Both the position numbers and the translations under genes were made by a program. A stretch of DNA of 64,000 nt, taken from the IMG/VR virus record IMGVR_UViG_2509276021_000001, positions 422 to 64,421 of that record; one strand, given 5' to 3'. The stretch is from a virus. Shown piece after piece: positions 18,055-28,500 of this stretch (positions within the stretch are counted from its first letter, which is position 1; each line of letters starts with the position of its first letter). The notes beneath the pieces were generated by a model. That model was not told the origin of the DNA and did not search any database. It was given only the letters and a program-made list of their open reading frames with translations.

Positions 18055-19074
18055 TTAGATCACCTGTCCAATGTATTGAGAGTTGTCGGCGGAGCTGAAG
18101 TCGAGAGACGGGGCCGCCGGCGGACCGACGGGCGGGTTAATTCCGCCGAACGTCCGTGTGATCGCGATCGTCGCGGCGGACGTTTGGTCGAAAATTGCTG
18201 TGAACGGAACTTCCATGACGACGGCCCGGCCGTTGCCCGGGCCAACCGGCGAGCCGTTGGTCAACTTCACCTTCGGGATGCTGATATCGTAGGAGTTGCC
18301 GAGGCCGTCGCTCAGCGTTGCTGAGATCCCGATATCGGAGTGGTCGATGATCGCTTGATAGAGATCCGAGCTTTCGAAAACCGCCGTGAGGCTCCCCGTC
18401 ACATCGAAGATGCCAAGGCCGAAATCATAGACCTCATACTGGCCGACGATATCGACCGGGTAGAGGTTGTTGTTCACCCTGATCGAGAGCGCCTGGAGTT
18501 TCGGCGTGGTGGTGATGCCCGTGATCGAGAGGGATGCCACATTCAACGCGGCATTGAAAACCGGGGTCGTCGTGGCGCCGGCATAGGTCGATCCGGATAT
18601 CGCAGCGGCTGCCGGATTCGGGCTTCCAACTCCGAGAATTCCCCAATTCGCGGTGACGTTCTGCTTGGCATTCAGCTGCAGATCGAGAGTGTTGATCCTG
18701 CACCCGAGGTAGCGCGTGAACACATCGGCCACGCCCATTTCAAACCGCTTTTCGAAAGCAAATGTCTTTTGCAGGACACCGTTCTTCAGCGAAGACCCCG
18801 ACCAGGTCCCGCATAAGAGCGCGGCCAACCAATCATCGAAGGTGAAAAACGAGAAGAGCGTGTTGACCGGCCCGGTGACCTGGCGGCCGACGTCGGTGAC
18901 ATCAGTCCGGTTGCGATCATCCCGGACTTCGTCCGAGCTGACCGTCTGCTTGTCCAATGTCAGCCCCTCGCTCACGTAGCGGGCGATCTGCCAAGGCGGA
19001 TTTGCGGGGATAACGCCCGGCGTCGTCTCTTTGACGAACGCGAGCTGTGTCTGTGAGCCATGGGCTACAGTCAT
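18055..19074 (-). CDS. Second tail-tube protein paralog with C-terminal extension
   Basis: Hand alignment to 31125-32057 gives about 212/310 identities; extra tail GINPPVGPPAAPSLDFSSADNSQYIGQVI. Confidence 0.9.
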   Translation of the reverse strand: MTVAHGSQTQLAFVKETTPGVIPANPPWQIARYVSEGLTLDKQTVSSDEVRDDRNRTDVTDVGRQVTGPVNTLFSFFTFDDWLAALLCGTWSGSSLKNGVLQKTFAFEKRFEMGVADVFTRYLGCRINTLDLQLNAKQNVTANWGILGVGSPNPAAAAISGSTYAGATTTPVFNAALNVASLSITGITTTPKLQALSIRVNNNLYPVDIVGQYEVYDFGLGIFDVTGSLTAVFESSDLYQAIIDHSDIGISATLSDGLGNSYDISIPKVKLTNGSPVGPGNGRAVVMEVPFTAIFDQTSAATIAITRTFGGINPPVGPPAAPSLDFSSADNSQYIGQVI

Positions 19075-19169
19075 ATGGGGCTCCATCTAACGGGATTGCC
19101 CACGTCATCCGACGTTGGCGGACGAGCTTGCCTATGGCTCGAATTCAGGGCGCTTTGCTTATGGCGGCT

Positions 19170-19532
19170 TCATGCTTCGGGCGCGAGTAACTCTTGTGCC
19201 CGCTGCGGCGACAGGGTTGAAGAAATAAGGCTGAGCAACGTCGGCCAGAGATCATCATCCGATTGCAGGAACTGCGCCGCGTTGTAGATCGCCCGCAGGC
19301 GAGCCGGCGCGGCGTTCATTGCCGCTTCCATCTCTTCCGCCTCTTCGTCCGTCATGCGAAGCCAGGGAGTAGTTTTCGAAATCGTGTATGAGTCGCCGCC
19401 GGGTTTCCTGTTGAGGAATTCGACGACTTCGGCCGCCTGATCATCCATAGGGCTGAAGCCATCCATAGGGCCGGCCGACACCGCGTCAACCTTGCCGGTG
19501 GTTGCGTTCATGCGAACATAGACGGTGGTCAT
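19170..19532 (-). CDS. Putative tail-fibre assembly chaperone
   Basis: ATGA overlap with the fibre gene stop; size, position and helical C-terminus fit fibre chaperones. Confidence 0.6.
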   Translation of the reverse strand: MTTVYVRMNATTGKVDAVSAGPMDGFSPMDDQAAEVVEFLNRKPGGDSYTISKTTPWLRMTDEEAEEMEAAMNAAPARLRAIYNAAQFLQSDDDLWPTLLSLISSTLSPQRAQELLAPEA

Positions 19533-20671
19533 GCGGACCCTCCATTGCGTCTTGGGGCGAGATAATCCACGAAGCCATCCGTCTGAAGGATGTAAGCTGG
19601 GGAGCCAGCCGAGGAGGCGCACTGGAGGCGGATGAGCCCGGAGGCACTGCGTGTCTTCGATCGTTGCACAACCCAGTTAGCGCTTGCCGATGAGCCAGCA
19701 TTTACGTTCAGAGACGCCAACGGGGCCTCCCCGGCCTCGGCATAGATGTTAATGGTTCCCGCCTCGTTGGCGAATGACGCTACGTTCAGTAGCCAGATTC
19801 CCTCGGTGGAGATACCTGCGGGAACCCCCACACACTGTTTGTCCACCGTAGCGAGTGCCCCACCACTGTACTCGGTGACCTGAGCAGCAAGGCGGTACTC
19901 GTTGCCGTCCTGAATGGCTTGCCGGATGACGTTGCCAGACGTCGTCAAGACCACGTTCACCCGGCCTTGCACTTCCCATCCGGTCAGGTTTGCTATGTTG
20001 ACGAAGGTCGGGTCCGATTGCAGGCTTGCCACCCAGTCGCCAGCGCCTGTTGCAATGTTACGGACAGCGTGAATGAAATAGGTTTTGCTCGCCTGCATGA
20101 CGCCGGTATCAAGCATTCCGCCAGCATTGCCGGCTACAAACGTCGCATTCAGCGCCTTCGTCAATGCCGAGCTAAACGTGGTGCGCCGGCCATTGAAGAA
20201 GACATAGCCCGTCTTCATCTGAATGGTGGTGCCGCTGATATACAAAGTTTCACATCCAGAGATATTCGTCAGGCCGGAAACGGAGGCCAACCACGCACTC
20301 AGGTCATCGAGCCCGAGGCCTCTGGTGTCCCCGGAAACGCTATCCCACAAGCCGAGTTTATCGGCACCTGCCGGCACAGTCTTCGCGGCCGCGGCGGCAA
20401 TGGCCGCGCCGAGGCCGCTGAAAAACACGGCATCGGTCGCGGTGTCGAGCACCATCAGCAAGATGTCGTCGGACCCATCGTAGAGATAGAGCTTTCGTTG
20501 GCCCGCTGTGGCCGTCGACACCCAAAAGGTTCCGTCGACAGCATAGGACGGCCGCGAGGCACCGGAGTGACCGCTGAGGAGAGCCCGTAGGCTGTCGTCG
20601 GTCCGCGCCGCCATCGCTGATGGCGATGCTGGACCGACTACTGGGACGCTGAAGATTGCCGCCTGACTCAT
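19529..20671 (-). CDS. Tail fibre protein
   Basis: Follows TipJ; SGHSGASRPSYAVDGTFW anchor-type N-terminus; GGMLDTG...KTYFIHAV body. Confidence 0.75.
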   Translation of the reverse strand: MSQAAIFSVPVVGPASPSAMAARTDDSLRALLSGHSGASRPSYAVDGTFWVSTATAGQRKLYLYDGSDDILLMVLDTATDAVFFSGLGAAIAAAAAKTVPAGADKLGLWDSVSGDTRGLGLDDLSAWLASVSGLTNISGCETLYISGTTIQMKTGYVFFNGRRTTFSSALTKALNATFVAGNAGGMLDTGVMQASKTYFIHAVRNIATGAGDWVASLQSDPTFVNIANLTGWEVQGRVNVVLTTSGNVIRQAIQDGNEYRLAAQVTEYSGGALATVDKQCVGVPAGISTEGIWLLNVASFANEAGTINIYAEAGEAPLASLNVNAGSSASANWVVQRSKTRSASGLIRLQCASSAGSPAYILQTDGFVDYLAPRRNGGSA

Positions 20672-23600
20672 TGGACGTATCCGTATCCTTTTGCCACGTA
20701 GTCAAAGGTGCGCGCCACAGGCGCACCCGACGCATTTCGGAAGATGATCGTGAAGCCGGTCGAGGTCTTGCCGGTGATTTGGTAGTAGTCACCTGTCTGC
20801 ATGTTCTGGGCGGCGATCGAGACGCCGCTTAGGACGTAGTATGCCGGCAAGAAGCTGATCGAGAGACCGCTCGTCGACACGGCCAGGTCGTTCTCTGCGA
20901 TCACCCGATCGGCCATATCGACAGTTACGGCGAGCGCCTCGACTACCGGCGTCACATCGAATTGTAGAGACTGAAGCCGCGCTCGGAAACGGTAGGCTCG
21001 AGCCGACACATCCGATGTCGACAGCTCCGCCCAATCTGACCACGTCGGCGAGCCGGCGGGATTGTCCTCCGTCAAGGAGACCTCGACCCTCACGTTCCAA
21101 AGCGAGTCAGACGCCAACCCGAAATATTCCGGAACGCCGAACCAGTCCGAGCGGTCGAAGATGTCGAGGCTCGCAACTTCGCCAAAAGCGCCAATGCTTG
21201 CCGAAACGCGGGACGTGTAGGTCGCGCCGAGATCGATTATGTTGGCAAATTCGTAGATCCCCTCGCTCTCGAAGCCACCAACAGACAAGAAGAAATCATC
21301 AACAGCGAACCAATCGACGAGTTCGAAGACATTTGACGCCGTATCCAGCCGCAGCGATCCGGCTGCGAGAACCACGTCGGTCTTGCCACCAGAAAAGGCA
21401 GGATCTTCCTGCAATGCCTCGATCGCATTGAAAGCCGTCAACGGGTTGACCGTGCTGACCACCAGTGCAGCATTGACCGACATCAAACCGGCGTAATTCA
21501 CCGCCTTGACCAGATACGTTCCAACCATGGCCGGAACCTGTGCCTGTGATCCGATGACATTAGTCCGCAGTTGTGACGCAGTCTGCCATGTGGCACCGGT
21601 GACGGCTGGAGAGAACCTGATTTCGATGTGTGACAGGGCTTGGTCAGCCTGCAGCGTCCATTGCAGCATCGCGACGTCGCCACTGATGGCAATCCGAAAG
21701 TCCTGCACGTCCGGGGGATTGGAGGCGAAGATGCTGCAGGTGAATGACCCGACCAGAAAGCCGGATAGCTCGCCATTGACAAAAACCGCTCTGATCCGAA
21801 CATCATAGACGCCCGTCGCGAGGTCGACGAAGCGGATGCTCGGCGAGCTGACGCTCGATACTGTGATCCACTGCGCTTCGCCGTTCGGACGGTATTGCAC
21901 GATATAGGAGGCGGCACTCCCGGCATCCGGTGCCTGCCAAGCCATATCGATGGCCGATGTCGCAGGAGCCGTGGTCCAGACAGATTCAGCATAGCTTAGG
22001 CCTGTCGGGACCGAGGCCCGATAGTCCGGAATGGGGGCAATTCCCGTCTGGAACGGCGGGATCGTACCGGTATCGGCCTGCATAATGGCCGGGGCATCGT
22101 CCACCAGCTCCAGCCGCGCGGAAAGATCCTGCCGCGCCGAAATACTCTTGACGCGCAGCACCACGCTCTCGAGCCCATTTTCGCCGAATTGCGCCAGATC
22201 GCCAGGCTCTGGTAGATCGCCTTGATCGGAAAACTGAAATTCTTCAAACTCCCCGTCCACTCCGGTGATCGTCCTGACCAACGACGAGCCATCCGAGCTG
22301 CGGAACCGCATGGAGTAGATCTTGCCGGCCTGCATCGTCAGCAAGTCATCAAGAACAACGCCATCTGGTGACGATGTGACCGCGCGCACCCGGCCTGTTC
22401 CAGCGCCCCACATCACCACGTCATGGTTTACGCGCACGCGATCGCCGCGCGTGCAGACCAGATGCTCGAAATCGGTATCGAGCGAATGCGTCTCCCGCTG
22501 CAGCCGGAGCTGCGCGATGTGATACCGGCCATGCTTCCAAATCAGATCGGTATCGGTAACCCCGGAGAAGTCGACACCTTCTAACTTCGTGGCATTGCTC
22601 TCTGTATACCCGTCGTCATAGACAACCCGCTCATCGTTCAGGTAGCCATTATCGCGATTGACGAACTTCACCCGAAAGCCGTGCGGAAGATCCGCGAAGG
22701 CGCGCACGGTGGAAAAGTTGGCCGAGTTGCGCGCCGAAAAGTGCTGCACTATCGGCGAATCCGCAACATCCCAGACGACACCCCAGCGACCATCGCGATA
22801 TGAAACAGCGCCGCGGCCGGCTGCGGCGATCTCCGCCAACCGATCATATACCGACTTCTGTTCGCTCGCGACGAGATCGAAGGTGAAACCTTTCGCAACG
22901 CAGTAGGCGTGCCAGTCCTGCAGGCTCTCGAGATCGATCAAGGGCTCGTCGACTGGGCGCGCATTGGCATTGCCCTGTAGAACGTGCCGGAAGTGATCTG
23001 CCGGAACTCGCGTGGTCTGACCGGTCGACCACGTTGTCCCATTCCAGGCCCTGATCTTCGGACTGGCGATGCAGTTAAACGTGTTGACAGTGCCATTCAG
23101 CTGCCCCGTCGCCTTGATCCGCATCGCAATGAGCGTCAGCGGCTTCGGGAAGTTCACGACAGGCTCGTTCCGACGGCCGCGGACGGCGGTCCAATAGACC
23201 GTCTCCGAGACGGTGTCTTTGCCCGAATAATCCGGTGAGGACTTGCGAAGGCGGACGTCATATTTCCCACGAGCAACTGCACGGCTTTGCGTCCTGCGAA
23301 TGGCCTGGGGCGAGTTCGACGTCAGGTCGAACGTGCCGAACCCGAGCCAAGTGCTGCTTGTCGAGAGTTTGTACTGAATCTCGATTGTCACAGTGTAATT
23401 GACGCGGGAACCGTCTTTCGCCTTCAGGCGATAGGTCCCGTTTGGGGCGCTGACATCGACAGACAATTCATCGATATTGTCTGCTGTCGTGCGCTGAACC
23501 CAGCCGGAATCGTCATCGAGGATGGCTGAAACATCCTCCTGGAAAACAGGCTTCGTATAGAGGGTCACTGGTGTGACCGTATGGTCCTCGATGATTTCGA

Positions 23601-24306
23601 CGGTGGCTTCTTCGAACTTCGAGAGCGCCGTTTCACCAATCTTCAGATCAGACACCGCGATCGGGCCGTAGCCGACGACAAAAAGCATCCGGAGATATTG
23701 ATCATCGCCGACCAGTTCCGTGTAGGCGCCGGCGGCATAGGGCGGAGAAATCCGGTGGGTGCCGAAGATCTCGGGAATAGCGCCGTACTGCGCGGCCGTG
23801 TTCTGCGCGCCTCCGATGGAGTAAAGCGTTGTCGTAGACGGCACAGATGCCGGCTTCGCCACGGGGAACAGCGCATTGATAATCAGCGATCCGGCAATTG
23901 AGATGCCGGCGCCGATAAGCCCCGTCGCGACAGACGCCGCTGCACCAGTCAGCCCCGGAAGCAGCGCGCCGACCAGCCATGGAGCTGCGACCGCCGCAAC
24001 AAGGGCGACGACAAGTCCGGCGATAGCGCGCAACGCGCCTTTGCCTGGCACCTTGACAATGACAACGGAGAAACCTGGCTTGACGCGCACGCGTGCCCAG
24101 TTCCGCCGCTCTATTACATGGCCAGCGATAGACACATGCAGCCGCAGAGGCTCCAGGCCGCAGCACGCGATTATTTCGTCGATCGATAACCCTGCAGGCA
24201 CCGCGATATGCTCGCGCTGCTGTCGTAGAGGCGATCGACGGATATAGACGTCAATCCGCTCGTTAGGAGCTATAATTTGAGCATCCGCGTTGCGGACGGT
24301 CAGCAC
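20668..24306 (-). CDS. Central tail fibre / host-specificity protein (TipJ-like) with fused lambda-I-like N-terminus
   Basis: N-terminal ubiquitin-like segment and TM-like stretch; YGAIPEIFG, LRMLFVVGYGP, FN3-like repeats; 1212 aa. Confidence 0.88.
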   Translation of the reverse strand: MLTVRNADAQIIAPNERIDVYIRRSPLRQQREHIAVPAGLSIDEIIACCGLEPLRLHVSIAGHVIERRNWARVRVKPGFSVVIVKVPGKGALRAIAGLVVALVAAVAAPWLVGALLPGLTGAAASVATGLIGAGISIAGSLIINALFPVAKPASVPSTTTLYSIGGAQNTAAQYGAIPEIFGTHRISPPYAAGAYTELVGDDQYLRMLFVVGYGPIAVSDLKIGETALSKFEEATVEIIEDHTVTPVTLYTKPVFQEDVSAILDDDSGWVQRTTADNIDELSVDVSAPNGTYRLKAKDGSRVNYTVTIEIQYKLSTSSTWLGFGTFDLTSNSPQAIRRTQSRAVARGKYDVRLRKSSPDYSGKDTVSETVYWTAVRGRRNEPVVNFPKPLTLIAMRIKATGQLNGTVNTFNCIASPKIRAWNGTTWSTGQTTRVPADHFRHVLQGNANARPVDEPLIDLESLQDWHAYCVAKGFTFDLVASEQKSVYDRLAEIAAAGRGAVSYRDGRWGVVWDVADSPIVQHFSARNSANFSTVRAFADLPHGFRVKFVNRDNGYLNDERVVYDDGYTESNATKLEGVDFSGVTDTDLIWKHGRYHIAQLRLQRETHSLDTDFEHLVCTRGDRVRVNHDVVMWGAGTGRVRAVTSSPDGVVLDDLLTMQAGKIYSMRFRSSDGSSLVRTITGVDGEFEEFQFSDQGDLPEPGDLAQFGENGLESVVLRVKSISARQDLSARLELVDDAPAIMQADTGTIPPFQTGIAPIPDYRASVPTGLSYAESVWTTAPATSAIDMAWQAPDAGSAASYIVQYRPNGEAQWITVSSVSSPSIRFVDLATGVYDVRIRAVFVNGELSGFLVGSFTCSIFASNPPDVQDFRIAISGDVAMLQWTLQADQALSHIEIRFSPAVTGATWQTASQLRTNVIGSQAQVPAMVGTYLVKAVNYAGLMSVNAALVVSTVNPLTAFNAIEALQEDPAFSGGKTDVVLAAGSLRLDTASNVFELVDWFAVDDFFLSVGGFESEGIYEFANIIDLGATYTSRVSASIGAFGEVASLDIFDRSDWFGVPEYFGLASDSLWNVRVEVSLTEDNPAGSPTWSDWAELSTSDVSARAYRFRARLQSLQFDVTPVVEALAVTVDMADRVIAENDLAVSTSGLSISFLPAYYVLSGVSIAAQNMQTGDYYQITGKTSTGFTIIFRNASGAPVARTFDYVAKGYGYVQ

Positions 24307-24692
24307 GGGCGATACCTGAAATAACCGACTATGCGGCTGCGCCAGCGCATATCCCCCATGCGCTCAATCTGGGACGGATGCGGCCCCTCAGAATGCAGCA
24401 TCTGCCCGTTACCGATGAACACGCCGACGTGGCTTTCGTCACGGCCGACGCGCATCAGGATGGCATCGCCGGTATCGGGGCGGTCGACCTGATCCCAACC
24501 GTGATCTTTCTCCACCGCGACTAAAGGCGAGATGTTGTCGCGGCGGAATTCCTGACCCTCCATCTCATCGAGATAAGAAGGTAGCAGGATCCCGCGCACG
24601 TCCCGGTAATAGAGCCGAAAGACACCCCAGCAGTCCGCTGCATCATAAGTGCGTCCGAGGGGCACATAGGGGATGCCAACAAACCTCTCCAT
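24300..24692 (-). CDS. NlpC/P60 tail-tip protein (lambda K-like)
   Basis: DCWG catalytic Cys, HVGVFIG, MLHS. Confidence 0.9.
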   Translation of the reverse strand: MERFVGIPYVPLGRTYDAADCWGVFRLYYRDVRGILLPSYLDEMEGQEFRRDNISPLVAVEKDHGWDQVDRPDTGDAILMRVGRDESHVGVFIGNGQMLHSEGPHPSQIERMGDMRWRSRIVGYFRYRPC

Positions 24693-25195
24693 CAGAACAA
24701 CCCTGGAAAAGCGCCGGGCGTGAACCGCCCGGCCGGATGGGGTTCATTGATCAGGGAGTCGGCAACGAGGGTGATCGAAATAGTGTGATCTTCGAACGTC
24801 GCATCCGACATTTGAAGCACCGGCACTGTGATCTCCACCGTATCCGGGTCCGCGGCCAGAATGATTTCGAGTTTGATGCTCGGTGGCGTCGCGAAGGTGC
24901 GCAGCATCGACACCAGCGTCCGATCGATATTGTCCATCGTCAGCTGCACGCGCGGCGCGCTGTCGCTCTTGTCATCCGGCAGCGTGAATTCAAACGGCAG
25001 AAAGATATACTGCTCGCCGCGGCTCTCGGTCCCGTAGATCAGTGGATCGTCCGAAAGGCGTGTGCTTGGATCGCTGGAAATATAGATCGGCTCTTCCATG
25101 CTTTCGTGCGTGATGGTCAATAGGCAGATCGGGACCTCGTCCGTCTCCTGGGCGTAGACGGCTTCACGAAATCGATCGGTTACATCTCTGCTCAC
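24692..25195 (-). CDS. Minor tail protein (DUF1833 / lambda L-like position)
   Basis: LLTITHE, YIFLPFEFTLP, LTMDNIDR motifs; position in the tail-tip block. Confidence 0.8.
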   Translation of the reverse strand: MSRDVTDRFREAVYAQETDEVPICLLTITHESMEEPIYISSDPSTRLSDDPLIYGTESRGEQYIFLPFEFTLPDDKSDSAPRVQLTMDNIDRTLVSMLRTFATPPSIKLEIILAADPDTVEITVPVLQMSDATFEDHTISITLVADSLINEPHPAGRFTPGAFPGLF

Positions 25196-25545
25196 GGCAG
25201 CACCTCGAGACCAATTTGCACACGCCAGACAATTCCGATCGGCGTGTAGACCGCAGGTTGACGCATCCTGACCAGCAGCGGAGAGCCGCCGTGGGGATCA
25301 GGAAATGTGAAGGGTTTTGAACGGTCTTTAATGTCGTTCTTCACAAAGGACTTGAACGTCTGTCGCTGTGCACTGCTCATCTCCATGCTTCCCGTGATGG
25401 GCTCAACATTCGATGTCGTGCGCCGGCGGACCTTCGCCGGCCCAATCGACATGTTGCTCGCCAGCAGATTGTCGGCGTCCTCTTCAGAATAGCCGTCCTT
25501 CAGGAAGGCCTGCGGCAGCTCAGCCGGCCAGGATGGGACTGTCAT
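25192..25545 (-). CDS. Distal tail protein (lambda M-like position)
   Basis: WPAELP, GPAKVRRR, FTFPDP motifs; immediately after the tape measure gene. Confidence 0.75.
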   Translation of the reverse strand: MTVPSWPAELPQAFLKDGYSEEDADNLLASNMSIGPAKVRRRTTSNVEPITGSMEMSSAQRQTFKSFVKNDIKDRSKPFTFPDPHGGSPLLVRMRQPAVYTPIGIVWRVQIGLEVLP

Positions 25546-28500
25546 CGGCGGGCAAGGCCTTCCGACAAACCGAATTGCGATTTGGCTGCGCGGCGCGAGC
25601 TGGAGCCGGGTGTGTTTAGCTTAGCCGCCACCACTTCGTCGATGATCACATCGAACTGCGGACCGTCATTTGTATCGCGCCTCTGCGTCTTCACGTTCGA
25701 TCCGTTGTTATTGATGATATTGAATTTTACGTTCAGGTTCGCCGCAGATCTCGATGCGAGCAGCCCTTCGGTTACCTTGTTGGGAACGACCTGAGCGCCA
25801 CGCGGCAGGTTCACCAGCTCCCTGCCGTTTTCGCCGACCATGGCGACGCCGCCAGGCGCAGAATCGGTACCGCTGGCGTAACCGCGGACGAGGAAGCTGC
25901 CGAGGCTGGTGTTCGGCGTCCAGAGAGGGCTAGTGGGCGAGATGCCGCCGAACAGCCGCCCCAGGCCGCCGAGAAACCCGCCGGAAGGGTTATTGGTGCC
26001 GTTCGCCGCCGCCATGAGCTGTTGCGAGAATTGGCCAAGTCCGCCACCGAGGTTGGCAAGGCCTTGCGCCGTCGTGTTGACTGCGGGGGCGAGATTATTG
26101 AGGCCGCCGCCAAGCCCGTTGAGACCCTGCGTCGCGGTGCTGGCGGAAGAGCTCAGCTTGGTGACGGCGGCGGCGGCGCTATCCATGTCTGGAGCCTTGC
26201 CGATACCCTCCCAGTTGCTGACCCCGGCCTTTCCCGCGCCGTACCATGCACCCCAACCGTTCTTGGAAGCATTCTTCATGGCATAGTCGAAATACTGGGG
26301 CGCCGACGACGAATCCCGAGGGTCGAAGCCGGTGTCCGCCATGAAGGCGTTGCCCATCCCCTTGCCAAAGCCGGTGCCGCGTCCGCCGACAAGCATCTGC
26401 ATCGGGCCATAGGAGGGTTCGCGGATCCCTTGGGAGTTGCGGTAGTTGCTCTGGATCCAACTGGTGAGACCGCCTTCGGAGTTAGCGACCTTCACCGCAG
26501 TATCGGGATTGACGTTGTTGTTGGCGGCAGCGATGCGGAGCATCTGCTCATAGCTGCCAGACGGGGTTTGCTTGATCGCGGACTGGACGGCTTGGTCGAT
26601 AAGGCCGCCGCGGCGCCCCAGCGTCTCGATCGACGGCAGCACGGCGGAAGTCACCTTCCCGGTGACAACAGCCGGCAGGTTCTGGTTGGCTGCAGCCAGA
26701 TTGGTGCCGGCGGTCCCGCCGAGCAGACCGCCCAGAACGCCCGCCGTGCCGCCATTGACCACGACGGTACCGGCAGTGACGTTCATCGCAGCCACAGCGC
26801 GATCGCCGAGCACACCGCCTAGCGCCCCAGTCCCACCCTTCGTGAGATCAGAAAACGTGCCGAGGTTCGTTCCGAAAAGGCCGTTCTTCAGAGGGTTCGC
26901 CACGCCCAGCTCAAGCACCGTTTTCGTGACATCCTTCAGGACGCTGTTTAGGACGTCGATCGGCTTTTCGCCGTTGACGATCCCGTCGACGACGGTGTCG
27001 ATCGCGCTGGTGCCGGCGTTGCGATAAGTGTCCCAGGCATCCTTGCTGCGCTCGAGCGCGAGGTTCTGCTCGACGAGCGCGCGCGCTACCTCACGGATCG
27101 AAGCGGCCTGCTCGCCGCCGGCATCGATGCCCAGGTCGCGAATCTTCTTGTCTGCGTCGAAGCGCCCCAGCACTAGCGCCTGGTATGCCGGCGTTTCGCC
27201 AACGACGGCCTGCTGAACCCGCAAGCGCTCTAGAGCGTCGGTCTGGCTCCTGAGGAAATCGGTCGCCGAAGCGCGTTTCTGCTCATCTGCGAGCCCCTCA
27301 TAGGACTGGCGCAGATCATCCAGGATCTTCTTCAGCTGCGCCTTCTGCTCGCCTTCAGCAGAGTCGTAGGCCAGCACCAGCGGGCGAAGCGCCAGTTCTT
27401 CCTGGAGCTTTGACTGGGCTTCTCCGCGCGTGATGGTGCCAGCGGCGACTTGGTCATCCAGCTTCAGCCGGATCGCAAGCTCGGACTGCATGTCCGCGAT
27501 CTGCGACCGGTTGCCGGCGACAAACTCCTCGATCGCCATATTATAGGCGCGCTGCGCCGCCGCATTAGCCTCTGTGGAGTTCACCTCCTGCAGGCTCAGC
27601 TCCAGGCGCGTGCGGCGCTGGATCAGTTCGGCGCGCAGGATTGGGTTCCGCTCGTTGCTGGCCGCGATGTCAAGCTGCTCGATCTGCGTCAGGCGCGTCT
27701 GACGGCTGAGGAGCGCCTCAAGCAGCGTCTTTTTCGCTTCGAGGGCGGCGTTGATGCGCTCTTCCTGCTCAGCGCTTGTGCCGGCGCGTTGCGCCTGCAG
27801 CGTGGCGATCTGATTTTGCAATGTCTGGATCTGCATCAGGTTGCCGACGGCCGGCGACTGATCGGCAACTCCGACGGCAGCCACACCGGCATTGGACAGC
27901 CGGGCGGCTTCGCGATCACGCGCGTCCTGCTCGTCGCGGCGCCGCTTTTCCTCCTGCAGTTGCTGCAGCTTGGTGGCCTGCGAAAGATCTATGACCCCAG
28001 TCGGTGTCAGCAGCTGGAATAACCCGCTGAGCGGACTATTCTTCACACGATCTTGGGTCTTCTGAGCCTCAGCGATCTGCTCTTCCAGCGAAGGTCCGGA
28101 AATGGAGCGGTCGACAGCCTGGCCGAGCTTGTCATAAGCCCAACCAGCGAAGGTTCCCACGCTTTGCCATGCCCGGCCCAACGCAGTCGTTGCTTCCGCC
28201 GCCTTGGCAAGACGGTTCGGCAAGGCGTCCAGGAGGACGCTCTGCGCTTCGGTCAGACGATTCTGCCCAGAGAGGTTGGTCGCATATTCGGCGGTCTTGG
28301 CGTCAATCAGGCCGTATTGACGCGAAAGCGCCTCGGCGGCCGATGCAGGATCGGCAAACATTTGCGCCAGCGTTTCGCCAGCTTTCGCGGTATCCTGCCC
28401 GATGGTGACGCCGAAGTTCTTCGAGATGCCGATCAGGCGTTCGAAATTCTCCGACCCGATCTTGCCCGTGCGGAGGAACTGAACCTCCAATTCCCGAGCG

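Noticed and set aside
18055-19074. Assembly artefact, or second nested prophage/tailocin, explaining the extra tube gene
   Set aside because: About 32% amino-acid divergence excludes a mis-assembled duplicate; no second chaperone, tape measure, sheath or att site accompanies it.
15085-20671. Diversity-generating retroelement or invertible tail-fibre switch
   Set aside because: No reverse transcriptase, TR/VR pair, invertase or flanking inverted repeats seen.
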